A DNA stretch of 64,000 nt from Marsupella aquatica (lineage: Eukaryota; Plantae; Marchantiophyta), in contig OZ316898.1 in NCBI GenBank assembly GCA_973895155.1, forward strand, positions 19,169,292 through 19,233,291, in the 5' to 3' direction. Position 1 is the first letter of the stretch. Every line of letters starts with the position of its first letter. The translations under genes and the position numbers were made by a program. A model generated the notes under the pieces. The model had not been told where the DNA came from. It made no database searches and saw only the letters and a list, made by a program, of their open reading frames with translations. This document shows positions 1 through 12,323 of this stretch, one piece after another.

Positions 1-769
1 TTGTGTATATAGACTCCATTGTCCAGGGAAACTACAATTGAGGAACCAGCTCGATTACTCAAGCTTGAACAGTCTGTGGAGAATTTAACCAAGCTTGAGT
101 TCAAAGTGGACAATTTGACATCTATGATGACCTCTTTCATTGCACAAAATTAACAGAATCAGTTTCATATGCAATTATCAAATGCAATTGCTACTCAGGT
201 GGTGGTTGAGCCTAAAGGTAGTAGCAGGAAACGTTCTCTTACTTTCTCAGGTGATGGTGATGGTAAGAACATACAAATTTATACTCTAAACATATTACAT
301 ATGCAATAGTTTATTTTTAAATTTAGAATGAAGTTTTCTAAGCATTCATTGTTTGGTTTTGTGGTAGCTTCTTCAGGGGAGAATCCTGTATCACAGCAAG
401 AGAAATCAGATACTTTAACAAGGCAGAAGCCAAAGCCAAGTATGGGAGAAGAAAATTTGGGAGCACTGTAGGAACCTTGCGTTGTACAAAGCAGCATTGG
501 TAATGGTGAAAGTGATGAGATTGCTGTCATAGATGAACAGATAGTGTCAAATGCAATTTAGGAACAAGAGGCTACGCCACCTAGGCCTTCAAAGAGATTC
601 AAGAAATCAACCCCTATTACTATCTCACCTAGTGAACGAGGACCAGTTCTCTCCCCAAATCCAGCAGCAAAGGTGAATTTGTTTTCAGTTGGCTTATGTT
701 CTTAAATTGATGATATGCCCAAATCAGTACTACAAAACAGTATTTTATCCTAACAATTTTGTGTGGCAG

Positions 770-1033
770 TTTTCAAAAGGAGATGCTGTAGAAGTACGAA
801 GCATTGTGGATCGCTCTACAGTTGTTGCTAGAGGTGAAGTGACAGGGTTACCAGGAGAGGACAAATTTCATTGTGTCATGATTGAGAGTGCTTGGGTGCG
901 AGTATCAATTAAGGCAGTGTATTGTGGTGATGCAGCATTGCCAATGCCCAACAAAGAAGAGAAACAACTCTGCTTACGGAATGTGTTAGGAATGAATACA
1001 TTGTGGAATGCTAGGTTTCTTCGGAAGTGTTGA
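770..1033 (+). pseudogene. Last exon of a TnpA/Tnp1-like CACTA accessory gene
   Basis: After a ...ggcag acceptor the frame reads FSKGDAVEVRSIVDRSTVVARGEV...WVRVSIKAVYCGDAALPMPN...LWNARFL, resembling the Tnp1/En-Spm C-terminal domain. Upstream exon-like sequence (1-670) has in-frame stops. Confidence 0.6.
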
Positions 1034-1375
1034 ACATTTTCTCTGATCATGTAGAATAGAGAATTTTTGAATATTTTGGTTACCATTGTTTCACTCATGC
1101 GAGTGAAAAATGTGTACTTTCTATCCCTTTATCATAAAGACTTATGTTTTTTCAATTGTTCTATACTAGAGCTTGTGAATGTTGGAATGTGAATTTCTGA
1201 ATACAATGATGACTTCTGTTTTTTCAATTATTCTATATTAGAGCTTGTGAATGTTGGAGTGTGAATTTTTGAATACAATGATGATGCGCAAAGTGATGTC
1301 TTTGTTTAGAGTTTAAGTGGATTCATTGTATGTGATTTTGAATATAGCTATGAGCTCTTCTTAGATACATCCCAA

Positions 1376-1745
1376 ATGACATTACTTAAAAGCACCTTGT
1401 ATGACACCCTCAATGACATCCTCAATGACACCATGTATGACATCCTTAATGACACCCTGTATGACACCCTCAATGACACCATGTATGACATCCTCAATGA
1501 CACCATGTATGACACCCTCAATGACACCCTCAATGACACCTTGTATGACACCCTCAATGACACCCTCAATGACACCCTATATGACACCCTATATGACACC
1601 CTCAATGACACCTTGTATGACACCTTGTATGATATTTTTAATGACACCATGTACGACACCTTCAATGACACACTAAATGACACCTTAAATGATTTATTAT
1701 TGTATCATTTATGACATGTCTGAAATGACATATAATGACAACCGT
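1376..1745. repeat. 12-bp tandem subterminal repeat (ATGACACCCTCA/ATGACACCATGT variants)
   Basis: About 25 adjacent copies are directly visible. They generate the spurious ORFs at 1348-1714. Confidence 0.95.
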
Positions 1746-2019
1746 GCGTAGTTGTCACATGTTGTAATATGATTTGTTTAAATATGTGTCATTAAAGACA
1801 TGCCTAAATTTCAGTCATTCAGGACAACATGTCATTTCAGAAATATTGTGTCATTTAGGACTACCATAAATGACTGGTGAGAGTTTTAGTTATTTGTCTT
1901 AATTGACTGTCCTAAAAGACGAGGCAGGTATGACAGAAAAGCTCTAGTCATATATTGGTACATATGACTCGTTTGTCAGTCCTCGTTCTAGTCATTAAGG
2001 ACACTATTTTCCACTAGTG

Positions 2020-5000
2020 GGATGTCAGAGGATTTTCAGGTGGAATAGGAGACAGTGGTGCACTCACAGAAGGGCTTGCAGGTGGATTAGGAGACAATGG
2101 TGCACTCACAAAAGTAGACTCAATATATGGATGATTGAGAGTGGGTTCATCTATTTAAGTTGTCAAGACCAAAGGGTACTAAATCAGGAGAGACATGTTC
2201 AACTGTAGGGTTGGGACTATAATCATATATTAAGAATAGTAGAGATGGATGGTGGTTGGGTTGGAAGAATCACCAATGATTATGCAGGTGGGGAGGATGA
2301 TTGTAGAAACTGGGTGTTTGAGGTTGAAATCAAACATCCTCAACTCATAAAACATAACATCTCTAGTACTGATGTAAATTTTTCTCTTGATGGGACCGTA
2401 GTATTTATAGGCCTTGGATTTTTCATCATAGCCTACTAACAAGGTACGAATGGACTTCAGTTGGTTGACAGTTTGTGTCTCAACTCATTGGGAACATGGA
2501 CGTAGGCTAGGCACCCAATAATACGAAGGCGAGATAAATCAGGCTTGACATTGTATAATTGCTGGAATAGTGTAGAAAAGACTAGAGATGAAGTTTCACA
2601 CCTGTTGAGCACATAGTTGGTTGTCTGGATGAGAACTTTCTCGTATAAGTTTGTCCCACAAAAAAGTAGGAGCTCCACTTCCAATCTGCATGCTCTGTGC
2701 TGCTTCCGACAATGTATGCTTTTTTTTGTTCGGCAACTCCGTTTTGTTGAGGAGTCCTGGCTGCTGTGAGTTGATGCTTAATGCAGAATTCATTTGACAA
2801 ATATTCCCCTCCTTGATCTGATTGAACACATAGAATTTTGTTGTTGTATTCATTTTCAATTATAGGTTTGAAGTTTTTGACCTTCAAGAAAGTTTCACTT
2901 TTGGCCTTCAAGAAATATACCCAGGTGAAGCAAGAGAAATCACTATCTAGAGCAAAATACTCTTGCTAGATAGTGATGAAACAATAATGGTCCACAAAGA
3001 TCTGTGTGTGTATTAGTTGCAATGGCTTGCTTGACCAGTTGGTGGATTTCTAGCTTTGGGATGCGCTCCCTTTGCTACTTCCGCATGATGCACGTATCAC
3101 ATACATGCTCCTCAAATGGGAGATTAGGCAGACCTTTAGCCAATCCCTTGGATAACATGTGTATTCGGTGCGGGATTCGGTGGAAGTTAACATGAGTGAG
3201 CCTGCGGTGCCACGTACAGTACCAGTGGAGAAATGATACTTTGTGTTTCATCGTCAATGTTGCTTGTAGATAGGCTGCTTGGAGAGCCATGCTGAGTACT
3301 AATAACTTGCTTGTCAGCACTATCAACCAATGTGAAATGTACTTTCAAGCATAGTTTGGCATTGCCCTGGAGAGATGTGTCAAAGATGATACTTGTAAAC
3401 TATTGTGCTTATCCCTGGTTGCCCTCAAAAAAATCTTGTTGGGGTCTTCTTTATTCAGAACATAGCAATGTCAAGAATTAAATAGCACATTATGGCCTTC
3501 ATCAGTCAGCTGGCCAACTGATAATAGATTGCGACTCATACTAGGCACATACAAAACTTTGTTAACCACTTTATTTCCACTCAATTTTGTGGTGTCTCTG
3601 CCAGCAATGGGAATGCGTGCACCAGAGGCTGTAGTTACATTGGAGGGTGAAGCATATGGCACTATACAGCTATTTAAGAGTACTCCTATTGCCAATCACA
3701 TGTGTACTGGTACCTGAGTCAACTAGCCAATCATGACTAGCTTTGAATTTTGTGAGGTTTTATTACCTCTAAAGTACGATTGTCAGGATCATCGTCAGAC
3801 TCACACTCTTCAGGCTCTAGAGTTTCCACTACGTTTGCATGGTGCATACCCTTCTTGATGTCAGCATGCTTCATTTGTAGACCCTTGATCTGGCTCTCGA
3901 TCTCCTTCAGGCATTCTCCTTCCTAATGACCAGAGAACCCACAAAAGTTGCATGCTTCTTGCTGTTTGAGACTAGAGGAAGGTGTGCTCCTTCCCCGTCC
4001 ACGAAAGCTATTCCTGCCTTTGCCATCATGTCCACAGAATGGGCTGCCATGATTGCTACTATGGCTTGTCATCAACGCTTCTTCATTGTCCTTGCTCTGC
4101 AGAGTACTTCCATTTCTTCTGCCTCAAGGTGACCAATAAGATAAGAGAAAGACAGAGTTGGGAAATGATGCAGCAAAGTGCCGAAGGAAATAATAAATGG
4201 TTTCCAGCTCTTTGGCAATCCCTTGAGAGTAGTGCGGATGAGCTCTTTGTCCTAGATGACAAAATTAATGTTGGCAAGCTGCATCACCAGGTTGTCAATC
4301 TCCCAAATATATTCCTCTACACTGCGTCCTTCAGACATTTACATCCTCGACAGCTTGTCCTTGAGAATAAGTTGTTTGCCCAGGGCTGCAGATTTGAATT
4401 GGGCTTTCAACTGCAACCATATCTTGGCAGGATTGTTGATGTATTTCTTTATGATGTGAAAAATGTGATCCTTGTCTGTTTGCAAAAAAATATAGATTGC
4501 CCTCTCGTTCTCTTCGATTTGCTCTGGTGTGAGCTGCAATGGCTTGGTCGGGTTAGGGCTGACCAGCTCAAACCGAACCTTGTCCTTGTGGAACTGGCAG
4601 GCCACTTTGAACGCCCACCCAATGAAGCTCTTGCTGCCATCGAACTTATCCTTGCCTGAGTAGACGAGGCCTTTGTCAATGTAGTAGTGGACATTCTGTG
4701 GTACAGGAGGTCCACTGCTCTGCAATGTCTGCTGTGAGCTATTGCTTGGCGATGCCGTGTGACATTCGCTGTGGGCCGCCAACCATCCTGCTCAATACCT
4801 GAGTGGAAATGGGAGATTCTCACCAACAATATGCATTGGCAGGCCGGCTCTGATACCATGAAATTTGATAAGCTTACTTGGTGAATAAATAATGTACAGA
4901 AGGGAGAGCCCTTAAGAGTAAGCTAAGGATGGAACAACCGCACAGCCATAAGCATGGGAATAATCTGACAGTAACAATGAATCAGTCCTAAATCTAATGA

Positions 5001-5138
5001 TAATAACAAATATACAAGCCTGTCCAAGTAATGCCGGGCAGAAGGGGATATGGCCCGAGAACAGGGAAGCCTAAGGAGCATGGATGGAATGTCGAAACTC
5101 AATAGCAAGTAATATTAAAATCACAGGAGCTCACAACG
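2020..5138 (-). mobile_element. Degenerate Ty1/copia LTR retrotransposon (5' LTR, gag, protease region, integrase), interrupted by the CACTA element
   Basis: PBS TGGTATCAGAGC at 4847-4858 directly follows an LTR ending in CA (4859-4860). Fragments: VLYVPSMSRNLLSVGQL, WHRRLTH, SDQGGEY, TPQQNGVAE, LVGYDEKSKAYK. Many stops and frameshifts. The outer LTR boundary (~5138) is uncertain. Confidence 0.85.
4847..4858 (-). promoter_or_regulatory. Primer-binding site (tRNA-iMet) of copia element 1
   Basis: TGGTATCAGAGC on the minus strand. Confidence 0.9.
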
Positions 5139-5673
5139 AGTGATAATCAAATGACAGTATGTTTGGGACCGCAAGATTCTGCATTGGCATGTGTTGAGTT
5201 TGGTCTGCTGGCCCTGCCTTGGATTGTTCATTTTTCTTGTTTCTAGTGCTGGGCTTCTGGACCTGACGGTAGTTGAGAGATTCTCAAAGGGTGTCCATTT
5301 TTCTTGTTTCTAATGCTGGGCTTCTAGACCTGATGGTAGTTGAGAGATTCTCAAAGGGCAGCAGATGGAGGTTGTTCCTTCTCGGCTGAAGTAGCTCTAC
5401 TTGAATCATTGATTTGTGTGCCTTCCAAACTAGAAGTCTGGTGCGATCGCCCTCGGATTGGAGTCTCTATTCTAATTTTGACCAATTCCGATGAGCTTGC
5501 CGAACGCTTACTGTTCCCAATTCTGGGATTGGACTAACAACGATTTCTATAAATTGGGTCATGAAAGGTTATTCCAGGTGAAGGCTCTTTGCAACACCAG
5601 ACGTTTGTTAACATGAGAGTTCTAAGCAACTGGTTCTGTGGCTTTTGCTCTATGTTTTGTCGAATGTTCTAAG

Positions 5674-6014
5674 TGTTGGAAATCTGAGACTTGCGTTGTC
5701 TCAGGATCCTCCCACCATCATGCCAACTGCCTCAACCATTTAGTAGAGCCGTCACCACACTGTAATTAATTTGCTTATGGTTAGTCATTTAGTATTAGTC
5801 CAGTTACCTAATTACTGTTGGCCATTAGTCGCTTGGGACAAAACCCACTTAGGATACTCTACCTCCGCTGCCGCTCATGGCCTCTGTTCGTCACTTCTGG
5901 TGGATCTTAATCCACGGCTCTTACTCTTTCTGGCTCTCAACGGTCTGACGTTAATACTGTATATAATCCACCTCGCTTCCGAGGACTAATTAAGCATTCT
6001 CAGAAATTCCTTCA
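5674..6014 (+). repeat. 5' LTR (341 bp)
   Basis: Six differences from the 3' LTR by manual comparison. Confidence 0.97.
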
Positions 6015-6865
6015 CATGTGGTATTAGAGCTACCAAATTCCTGAGACGCTTCCTATCAAGGATCCCATGATGTCGTCGTCTGATGCCACCAAGATCTCTT
6101 TCTCCGATAGCGACAAGTTAGTTGGTGCCTTGAATTACATTATCTGGGCCTTTCACATTGAGCAGATCCTGAGGGAGAAAGGGCTCTGGTACATCGTCGA
6201 CCCCCAAGCACAGCCTGTCGATGATGGATCAAAAGCACTCTCTCCCACCTCGGAACCTACTGCATCAGGAGACAGCACCACTGGAGCCACCAGCAGCGCA
6301 GCTGCTACCGGACTCACGACTACCTCAGTTCAATCGAATGTCCAGCGGGACAAGGAGAGGGTAATTATAATATTTACCAAGACCTCCACTGCTCCTATAT
6401 TTCCTATTATTAGCAGACTACGCAGTGACCCAGCCAAGCTTTGGGTTACACTAAAGCAGAAGTACAAGTCCTCTACGCTTCAACATAAGCTAGACCTTAA
6501 GTCTTTGCTTATAGAGCTACGTATGCATGAAGGTGCATCCATTGAGGACTACCTCAAGAAAGTTGACCATCACGTCATGGAGCTCGCGTCCATCGGTGAA
6601 GAGATTCCTGAGAAGGAACCCATACAGATAGTTCTTCGTAATCTTCCCGAGAGCTGGACGTCTTTTAAGTCTGTTTATGGAGTCATGTACTCGAAAGACA
6701 AAGCTGCTACGTTTGCAGATCTTGAAGAGTACTTGCAGGCTGAAGAGTTTCGTTGGAAGCCCCGTTTTGAAGGTGGAGAACACTCTCTACTAGCGGCCTC
6801 CAATGATCATCGATGTTACAACAAATCTCAGTCTCGGGGGTTTCACTTCCACAAAAATGGCACAT

Positions 6866-7096
6866 CACGTGCGACAAAGGATAGGGTCGTTTTATTGGTT
6901 TAAAGGGAAGACTTAAGAATTTTTGTAGAAGAACAATAGGGTCTTTTAAATTCAATTTTGAGACTTATAAGAATATTAGGGTCTTTCTAACCAAATTTTT
7001 GGAATATTCCAAGAATATTCCAACTTTATAGGGGTTGAAAAATAATATTTTTTTCTTATATTTTAGGGGGTCCGAGGCCTAAAAACGTCGCAGGGG
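6866..7096. mobile_element. ~230-bp AT-rich MITE (CACG... termini, AT duplication) inserted in copia gag
   Basis: Imperfect TIR CACGTGCGAC / GTCGCAGGGG, flanked by AT on both sides. Removing the element plus one AT restores the gag frame (NGT-WGGIH). A homologous copy lies at 48005-48229. Confidence 0.75.
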
Positions 7097-8033
7097 ATGG
7101 GGAGGCATCCATATAGTGAGACCCCCGAGATCTCAGTAGCCATATCACAATGAGCAGCGTCATGACTACAACCAAGGTGGATGTGGTCGTGGCCGTGGCA
7201 GATCCAATCGGTGGGCACCCAGGCATGCTGCACCGAGGGCGTTCTATGACAAGCGAGATACAACATGCAACTACTGCAGGAAGAAGGGACACTGGGAACC
7301 CGACTGCTTTGAGAAGCAAGCCCATGACAAAATGAAGTCGATGTCCCCCACCCAGATGCGGGAGCTGACCCAGAGTATCAAGGACATCAAAGGTCTCGGA
7401 CCTAAGGCTTACCTTGCTACTCATGGCAACCGTGGAGACAACGACATTCAGAAGAACTGTGCCCCTGGTGAACATCAGTCTGCACTCATTGTCGAGGCAA
7501 TGTTGAGTGAGTTTGATAGCGGTCGTCCCGAAAGTAACACTTGGATTCTGGATAGTGGAGCCTCCACTCACATTAGCCGCGACAAGAGTAACTTCACTAC
7601 ACTTAGTGATAGCCCGTCTACTTCCAATGTGCTGAGCGCCAACGGATCTAAGATGCCAATCTCTGGGTCCGGATGTATCCCAATTTCAAGCAATAAAGCT
7701 ATTTCTGATGTTTTGTACGTGCCGAGTATTACCCGAAACCTTCTCTCAATTGGTAAACTCACTGACCAAGGCCATTCTGTCATCTTCAACTCCTCAAATT
7801 GCTACGTTCTAGACAGACTATGCTCGCATAAAATTAGGCTAAAGGGGACTCGCGATCCCTACAGCAAGTTGTATAAAGTTCAACTCCCGTCTGCCACGAC
7901 CAATCCGGGGACCAATCACAATGTCCTACACACTGTCGCTGAGCAACGCCAAATGATTCTTCATCCTAAGGTAGCAACTCAATGCCACCTCACCGAATCT
8001 CGACTCTCTGACCAACAGCTTTGGCATCAGCGT

Positions 8034-9130
8034 TGTCGTGATTTTCTCTTAAGTTATAAAAAATTGTTTGTTTTAATATGCTATAGATTATATAAGTAAT
8101 TTAGTAGTTAGATTATTAAATTTAGACTTTATTAAACTTCTTTAGCTATATTAACGGACTATAGTAGTTCCACCAACTACAATAATATTCACCAACGCAT
8201 AGTAGGTCCACCAATGCATAGTAGGTCCACCAATGCATAATAGGTCCACCAACACATAATAGTTCCACCAACGCATGGTAGTTCCACCTACTAAAAGTAG
8301 TTTCACCAACTATGAACAGTACTAGCACACTCTTAGGTATTAGATGTTTGACACTTGGCCTTCATCCAAGTGCTTGGGCTTGATCAATGCCCTCTTGGTG
8401 TGCACTATAAATAAAGTGGTGAGGGGCACTCTCCCCTCATTCCGCAGTGTTTATCATTCAAGGTTGTGAAGCTCTTTTGTGCCTTGAACATAGTAGTGGG
8501 CGTCCTTTGGCCCGGATAGCAAAGGAATGAGTGGTAGTCTTATAGATGGGACCTTAGGGAATAAGGTTTCTTTGGGAATATAGGGGTGGGGCATCCTTTG
8601 GCCCGGATAGCAAAGGAATAGGAGAGCCATCATGAATCTAGGAGAGAGAGTTATCCTTGATCTTCCCCTTCGTAATATGTTTTTGATTAGAGTCCATCTT
8701 TTAGACAAACCATCTATGAGGCAACATCTAACCTATCATTTTGGAGCTCAGTTTGCAACTGCTGTTATGGTTTCTAACGATCCAATAATATACCCAGTGG
8801 TGTCGTACCGAGAGGAGTGGGAGTGCATAATCTTTGTTCTTTATTGAAGTCATGGATCTGAATTAGAGTCCGGATGATATCCCTGTTTCATTTTTTCTTG
8901 GAGATATTAGGATCATATGTCGTAAGAAAACTAATTTTCATGATGTGTTGGTCCGCAAGTATGATGAAGTAGGGTTTAACAGTATTTTAGTTTCACCTGA
9001 ACCTTTCTTAATACCCACTACCCTTGTTACTAGAATTATCATTTTGATTTTAGTGTAGAACTTATAAGCATGCAAGGTTAACTTCAAAAGAGCCAACATG
9101 CTCTTGCCAGAAAACACGGTCACCCGGACA
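8034..9130. mobile_element. Solo LTR (~1.1 kb) of another LTR retrotransposon nested in the copia
   Basis: TGTC...GACA termini and GCGT duplication (8030-8033 and 9131-9134). It splits WHQR|LGH and contains a TATA-like CTATAAATA and 21-bp internal tandem repeats. Confidence 0.8.
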
Positions 9131-9932
9131 GCGTCTAGGACACTCTAGTTCCTAGCGGCTGGCTCATATGACACGGCACAATCTTATCACTGGGGCACCT
9201 ATTCTTAAGTCAGACACATGTGTGTGTGAAACCTGTATGAAGGGCAAACAGACTCGTCACAAGATCCCCAAGGCAGCTGTCTCTCGATCAAAATGACCAC
9301 TGGAGTTGATCCACACCGACTTGTGCGGACCTCTCCCAGTACCCTCACTGTCCGGTGCAAGGTACATCATTACATTCACTGACGACTACTCAAGGTACAC
9401 ATGGGTCTATTCTCTTAAATTCAAGAGTCAAGCTCTCGATGTATTCAAAATCTTTAAACAACAAGCAGAAGTAACCTTTAACTCAAAGGTTGCTTGTCTA
9501 CGCAGTGATAGAGGAGGTGAGTACACCTCTGAATTATTTCGGTCCTTCTGCCAGGCACACGGTATATCTCGACAGCTAATTGTAGCTAGGACTCCCCATC
9601 AGAATGGAGTTGCGGAAAGGAAAAATCGCACCCTGCTAGACATTGTAAGATCACTAGCATTTGGATCCAATGCCCCTGCATTCCTTTGGGAGGAGCTCCT
9701 ACGCACTGCAAACTACATTAATAATCGCTGCAGCACACGTGCTCTCAACCTGTCTACACCGTTTGAATGCCTGAGGACCACTAAACCTGACGTGAGTCAC
9801 TTCAGAATCATTGGCAGCACCGCCCACGTTCACATTCCTAAGGAATTATGTCACAAGCTTGATGTCAAGTTAATTAAATGTGTTCTTGTTGGCTATGATG
9901 ATCAAAGCAAGGCCTATCGCTGCTTTGATCCT

Positions 9933-10220
9933 ATCAGTGATTTCACTAACTCTAGACATTCTTTTGTCCAATTTTTGATCATGAAATTCCAACACCAATT
10001 ATTCTTTTCCCTATAACTTGAGTTCTAGAATACATTGTATGTTATGCATAGATTTATTAGGAGTAGCTTGTTAAGCTTCATATATCTTGATCAAAAAATT
10101 TCAAATATGATATTGATAAGTCTCATATTTATCTAAAATTTAGTTGATTTAAATTTCCAAAAAGTTGTTATGAAATTTCCAAATCGTTAATAATATTCCA
10201 GAATTAGTGAAACTATTGAT
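9933..10220. mobile_element. 288-bp MITE with ~21-bp imperfect TIRs and a 4-bp TSD
   Basis: ATCAGTGATTTCACTAACTCT ... AGAATTAGTGAAACTATTGAT, with TCCT duplicated (9929-9932 and 10221-10224). Removal restores YRCFDP-ATHKILISRDV. Confidence 0.85.
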
Positions 10221-12323
10221 TCCTGCCACCCACAAAATTCTCATTTCCCGTGATGTTATTGTGGACGAAACTATCCCAGGGAATTTCTCACCGTCCTCAT
10301 CCTTTGACAAGGAAAGCTTGTTTGATCTATTCTCTTCTGATGACGACGAGTCCCGGCCAGACCCATCTCCAACTCTGACTGTGCCGGCCAACTCTGAAGA
10401 TCTTGCTCTACCGGAGGATCCACCCGACTCCAATGACCAGGCTCCTGAATCATCTCCCGACTCCTTACCCCCAGAGCTTCCACCTGTTGCCATTTGTCGG
10501 GCTCGTCACCGACCTCCTGAACGTACCCGGCCTCCATCTGGTCGTATCACCAGACTCCCGGCCAAGTACGATGATTTCCATGTCTCACTATCTGCTGAGA
10601 TAATTGCTCTTTGTCTGTCTCTCATTGCCGAATCCACCAATGACATACAGCTTAGTGCTGCCCTGAATGACCCTCGCTGGGTCCAAGCCATGCAAATGGA
10701 ACTTCAAGCCCACAAAAAAAATGGCACATGGGACCTCGTCAATCTTCCCCGGGGGAGAAGGCACTATCTGCAAGATGGGTTCTCAGAGTTAAGATTTATC
10801 ACATTGGCAACTCTAAATTCAAAGCTTGGGTGGTGGCAAGGGGCAACGAGCAAAGAGAGGGGCTGGACTATGAAGAAACATTTGCTCCTATGGTCAGATG
10901 GTCTACTGTCTGTCTAATTGTAGCTCTCGCTGCTGCAATCGACTGGCCTCTCCTACACATGGACGTGGTAACGGCCTTTCTCAATAGCACCTTAAAGGAA
11001 ACTATATTCATGAAACAACCACCTGGGTTTCTTATTCCCGGTCGAGAAGAACTTGTTTGCAGATTACGGAGGTCAATTTACGGTCTCAAGCAAAGCCCTA
11101 GAGCGTGATATGAAGAGATGGATGCTTTTCTCAGGTCAGTTGGGTGCACAAGGAGCTCTCTGGATCCCAATCTATACTTTCAAGAGCGGATGGCAAGACA
11201 ACAATTATTCTACTTTTCGTAGATGACTTGCTTATCACGGGGAGCGGAGATCAGTTGATTGCTGAACTCAAGCAACAACTTCAGTTAAAATACGAGATGA
11301 AGGACCTTGGAACCGCCAAGCGTTATCTTGGAGTGGACTTCCATCGCTCAACTAAAGGTATACTTTTACACCAACAGTTCTATGCTAATCAATTAGTACT
11401 CAACTACGGCATGGAGTGTTGTCAGCCTACTACGCTTCTACCAGAAGGTCTAGAGTTGTCGGCCGATACCAACACTCCCGACATGGACATCACAACCTAC
11501 TGTCAGTTAGTAGGCAAACTAATATATCTTACTAATACCAGACCAGACATTTCATTTTCCGTTGGGTTAGTGAGTAGGTTCATGAGTCAACCACAGCAGG
11601 CTCACTTCGATGCGGCCATGCACATTGTTCCTTATATTAAAGGAACCACTGGCCACGGTGTGTTCTATGAGAAGGGGGGCCCGCTCGAGATTGAAGGATA
11701 CACTGATGCAGACTGGGGGAACTCCTGCCCCGACACATGAAGGTCTACCGGGGGGTATGTTTACAAAATTGCTGCTGGTCCAATTGCCTGGAGCAGCAAA
11801 CGCCAGCCCACTGTGTCACGTTCCACCACTGAAGCGGAATATAGGGCCCTATCTGATGGAGCTCAGGAGGGCGTCTACCTGAAAAGACTGATCGAGGAGC
11901 TACGGCAGAACAAAATTGCACCAGGCAATTTAAGGCACAAGAATTCTGACATCTCAATGGACCTTGAGAGGTCTTCTGCCCCGACAGTCCAGGACTTGCA
12001 TTTGCACTGTGACAACATGAGTGCAATCAAGTTGGCCAAGAATCCAGTCTTTCATGCTCGAACCAAACATCTTGAGATACATCATCACTTCATCCGAGAA
12101 AGAGTGCTAGAAGGAGAGATCTCAGTTCAACATGTGAAATCTGAAGAACAAGTTGCTGACATCTTTACGAAGGCACTCTCAAAATTACAGTTCAACAGAA
12201 ATAGAGGCCAACTAGGAATGAAATCTCTTGATTGATTTGAGTCCACTGCTCCGCCGGGATGCTTCAGTCTGATCGTCCTTTTTGGTGTCTATATGCAGTC
12301 AGCAAGATGTGGTCAAGAGGGGG

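Larger units (their letters stand above)
1..2019 (+). mobile_element. Right end of a CACTA (En/Spm) DNA transposon
   Basis: Ends in TTTTCCACTAGTG (2007-2019; reverse complement CACTAGTGGAAAA). Dense ATGACAC subterminal repeats precede it, direct at 1376-1745 and partly inverted at 1787-2000, with a TnpA-like coding remnant further upstream. It abuts copia integrase-region sequence at 2020. Confidence 0.85.
6067..12235 (+). pseudogene. Copia gag-pol polyprotein, disrupted
   Basis: ORF pieces 6067, 7332, 9306, 10207, 10728, 11144 and 11813 carry successive gag/PR/IN/RT/RH motifs. Removing the nested inserts restores frame at those junctions. Confidence 0.93.

Noticed and set aside
1348-1714. 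Three overlapping repetitive ORFs (DTLN/MTPS/VSLR repeats)
   Set aside because: Translation artefacts of the 12-bp CACTA subterminal repeat
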